Source: Octopus sinensis
Lineage: Eukaryota
Reading direction: 5' to 3'
DNA: 37,512 nt
Assembly (NCBI RefSeq): GCF_006345805.1
Contig: NW_021836874.1
Location: 1-37,512, forward strand
The notes under the pieces were generated by a model. It was not told where the DNA came from and did not search any database. It saw nothing but the letters and a program-made list of their open reading frames with translations. The translations under genes were made by a program, and so were the position numbers. The first letter of the stretch is position 1; the number at the start of each line of letters is the position of its first letter. Of this stretch, positions 34,631-37,512 are shown piece by piece.

Positions 34631-36917
34631 GTTTGACTTTTGTTTATATTTGTACAAGTAGGCTCCAAGTCTCACCCAGAGACCTCAAGAGACAACAGGC
34701 TGGAAGTTCACGTTGTTGTTATGCCTAGTGTGCCATATATTTGGTTGTTTTTTCTGTTGTACTAGTGGATGTCTAAAAAAAAAATGTTTTTTTTAAACCT
34801 TGAGATTACATAGAAAGTATTTTGCGTAGGATATGAGCAGTTCCCATGAGCACTATCTTTTGAATTTCTGCCATTTTTGGGTTTCCTGGTATCTGAGTTA
34901 GGTAGCAATCAGCCTCTTTTGCTATTATTCCCAGGGCACCTATGACAACAGGTATTGTTTTAGTCTTCAGGTTGCATATTTTGCTGATTTCTATTTCAAG
35001 ATCTTTAATATTTGCTCAGTTTTTGGTAGGACTTGACAAATACGTTTATATCGATTGGGACAGTCATATCAATGAGGAGGCATGTTCTTTGTTTGAAGTC
35101 TTTCAATATGATGTTTGGCCTATTTGCATCTATCTTTCTGTCAGTTTGAATGGTGAAGTTCCAGAGGAGTGAGATGTGGTCATTTTCAAGCACTGGGGAT
35201 GGTTTATGTTCCCACCAGTTTTTTTCATGGGCAAATCCAGGTTTTTGCAGATTACCCAGTGAATATATTGTGCAGCTCTATCATGCCTGTTGAGATACTC
35301 TGTAGGCGCTAGAGGACTGCACTTGGAGACCACATGATCAATGGTTTCATTTTGTTGCTGACATACACGACATGTTGGGCTACAACCGATCTTTAATATG
35401 TTGGCCTGGTAGTTTCTTGTTGGTAGGCATTGATCTTGAGCTGCTATGATAACCCACTCTGTTTCAGATTTTAAGCCAGAGGCCATTAGCCATTGATGGG
35501 TCAGGGCTCTGTCAACATCTGCATTATTCGCTCTATTTGGGTATTTGCCATAGAGAGGTTTTTCTTGCCATTTATCATTCAGAATATCTAAGGCCGCAGA
35601 TTTAGCACGGGTTTTCATGCGCTTAGCTTTTTCTGTGCCTGTTTCTTATATGTCTATCTCTAATTCCGAAATCTGTTGTATTCGGAATTCACTTAGATAC
35701 TCCTTTGCCTGTTTTGTTACTGAGTATGATGCTTTCTTGTTTTCATGTTTTGAGACAAGTTTTAACATCCAGTCCTCAGAGTTTTTCAGGTAGGTGTCTA
35801 GGCCAATTGTAGCAATCTTCATTGTTATTTCCAGTTGTAAAAGTCCACGGCCTCCCTCTTTTCTTGGCAGATAAAGTCGTTCTGTATCTGCCTTAGGGTG
35901 GTGCATTCTATGCATTGTCAACAGTTTTCGTATTTTTCTGTCAAGATTACATATTTCAGTAATTGACCAGTTAACGATATTGAAACTGTAAGTCACGACT
36001 GGTATGGCTAATGCATTGATCGCTTCGATCCTGTTTCTCGCATCAGCTCTGTCTTGAGTATTGCTCTTACTCTGCGATAGCATTCTCTCCTGATCCTTTC
36101 CTTCATCTCTGAATACCTTATTCCGTCTCCTTCAATTACCCCTAGATACTTGTAGTTCTCCGCTGGGTCTAATTCTTTTATAACATTCTGCTGGTCAAGG
36201 TTAACGTTAGATGTGTCTGTCATTTTTCCTTTGATAAAGGTAGCTTTTGCACATTTATCGAGGCCAAATTGCATTCTGATGTCATCACTGAATTGTTTGA
36301 CAATCGCTAGTAAGCCATTGAGTTGTTGGTCATTTTTTGGAAAGAGCTTTAAATCATCCATGTAAATGAGATGATTTATATTTTTATCAAACATTTTATA
36401 TCCGTACTGTGCGTCATTGAGCAGTTTTGAGAGAAGTACTAAGGCTAAACAGAAGAGGAGTGGTGATAGTGAGTCACCCCGGAAAATGCCACATGAAATT
36501 TTTACATCACCAGCATTTAGAGATTCATTGTCACTGTTCAAAGTTAGTGTGGTTCTCCATGATCTCATACTTACAGACAAAAAGTTTCGCAGAGTAGGTG
36601 CTATTTTATACATTTCTAGGTATTTCTTAATCCAGCTATGTGGTAGGCTATCAAAAGCCTTTTTATAGTCTATCCAGGCTATTGGTAAGTTTTTGTGTCG
36701 TTTGTGACAATCTTCTAAGATCATCTTATTGATGAGTAGTTGATCTTTACAACCTTAGGATCCACGTTTACTTCCTTTCTGTTCATTAGGGAATATGCTG
36801 CTGTCCGTCAAAAAGCTATAGGTATATTCCGTCAGGACAGATGTTAGTGTTTTATACATAGTTGTTAAGCAGGTTATGGGTCTATAGTTTTTTGGTTCAT
36901 TTGTTTCTTCACTTTTT
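34630..36917 (-). mobile_element. 5'-truncated R4/Dong LINE: RT, CCHC/RHD, RLE and 3' UTR, with few disruptions
   Basis: NYRPITCL, WIDYKKAFDS, GIFRGDSLSPLLF, YMDDLKLF, CRVC..H...C..RHD, NRPNII..LLIDMTVP, QKIVLMGTAHILRKILSM*; (TAA)n tail. Confidence 0.96.
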
Positions 36918-37005
36918 TTCTTGCTCTGTCTATACTTGTTGCAAAGTGTCCAGTGGACAATCCTTGCTATTTTGTCATGACGTCTCTTATATTCTTTCTG
37001 GACTG
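36918..37005 (-). mobile_element. RHD-region fragment of a different R4/Dong copy, fused to the RT
   Basis: VQKEYKRRHDKIARIVHWTLCNKY lies upstream of the RT motif NYRPI, which is out of normal domain order. Confidence 0.85.
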
Positions 37006-37099
37006 AATAGCACACACATGCATTTAGAAAAACAATATTTGACGATCAATTAATAATAATAAATAATATGTGTGCATATATGGCTGCAGGACATCACCA

Positions 37100-37480
37100 A
37101 ATTAAGTACCAGTTGCGTGCTGGGGTCGATCTAATTGACTTGCAACCTCCCAAGAAATTTCAGGCCATGCGTCTATAACAGAAAGGATTATTAAGCGCAA
37201 CGTTGTTGGATAAACGGCGCAACGATGAAATTAAGTGATTAAAGACAAAATATTTATAATTATTTCTAATATTTGCGCAATGCCAGCAATTTTAAGAGGA
37301 AAGTCATTAATTGATTGCATCGACTCCAGTTCTGAAATGGTACCCGTTTCTATGGATCGCGAAAGATAAATGCAAAGTCGGTCTCGGTTGCATTTGAACT
37401 CAGAACGTGAAAGAATCTGAGGAAAATACTGCTAAGCATGTTATTCGGTGCAGCAAGGATTTTGCCTGTTCCCAACCTTT
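37100..37480. mobile_element. Two decayed SINE family B fragments in opposite orientation
   Basis: aattaagtaccagttgcgtgctggggtcgat (+, ~37100-37190) and gcaaagtcggtctcggttgcatttgaactcagaacg (-, ~37265-37480). Confidence 0.7.
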
Positions 37481-37512
37481 CTTGAAATGCTAGAAATTAT
37501 GAGAAACATTCG

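Overview
AT-rich eukaryotic DNA with very dense repeats. The mix of (TA)n/(CA)n/(TAA)n microsatellites, Dong/R4 LINEs and tRNA-derived SINEs suggests a cephalopod such as Octopus; this is an inference from repeat content only. I see no intact host protein-coding gene, and almost every ORF in the track is a translated microsatellite. Real protein similarity is limited to decayed retroelements: at least six R4/Dong-type RLE-LINE pieces (most stacked in (TAA)n arrays), one CR1-like 3' end, one RTE-like 3' end and one frameshifted Neptune-like Penelope element (RT plus GIY-YIG). There are also three tRNA-derived SINE families, a mariner-type MITE and a ~550 bp non-coding element that targets TAA repeats. 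The main hidden signal is six type I hammerhead ribozyme motifs from five sequence-distinct families, each in a short cassette in or near (TA)n. Their cores vary together at the 3:8 pair (C-G, U-A, U-A, G-C), and two identical copies form a head-to-head inverted pair around 2.5 kb of microsatellite. A second signal is a TSD-flanked SINE tetramer with a fixed, recurrent junction and an A-B-A-B pattern. All calls were read by eye; no folding, alignment or database search was run.
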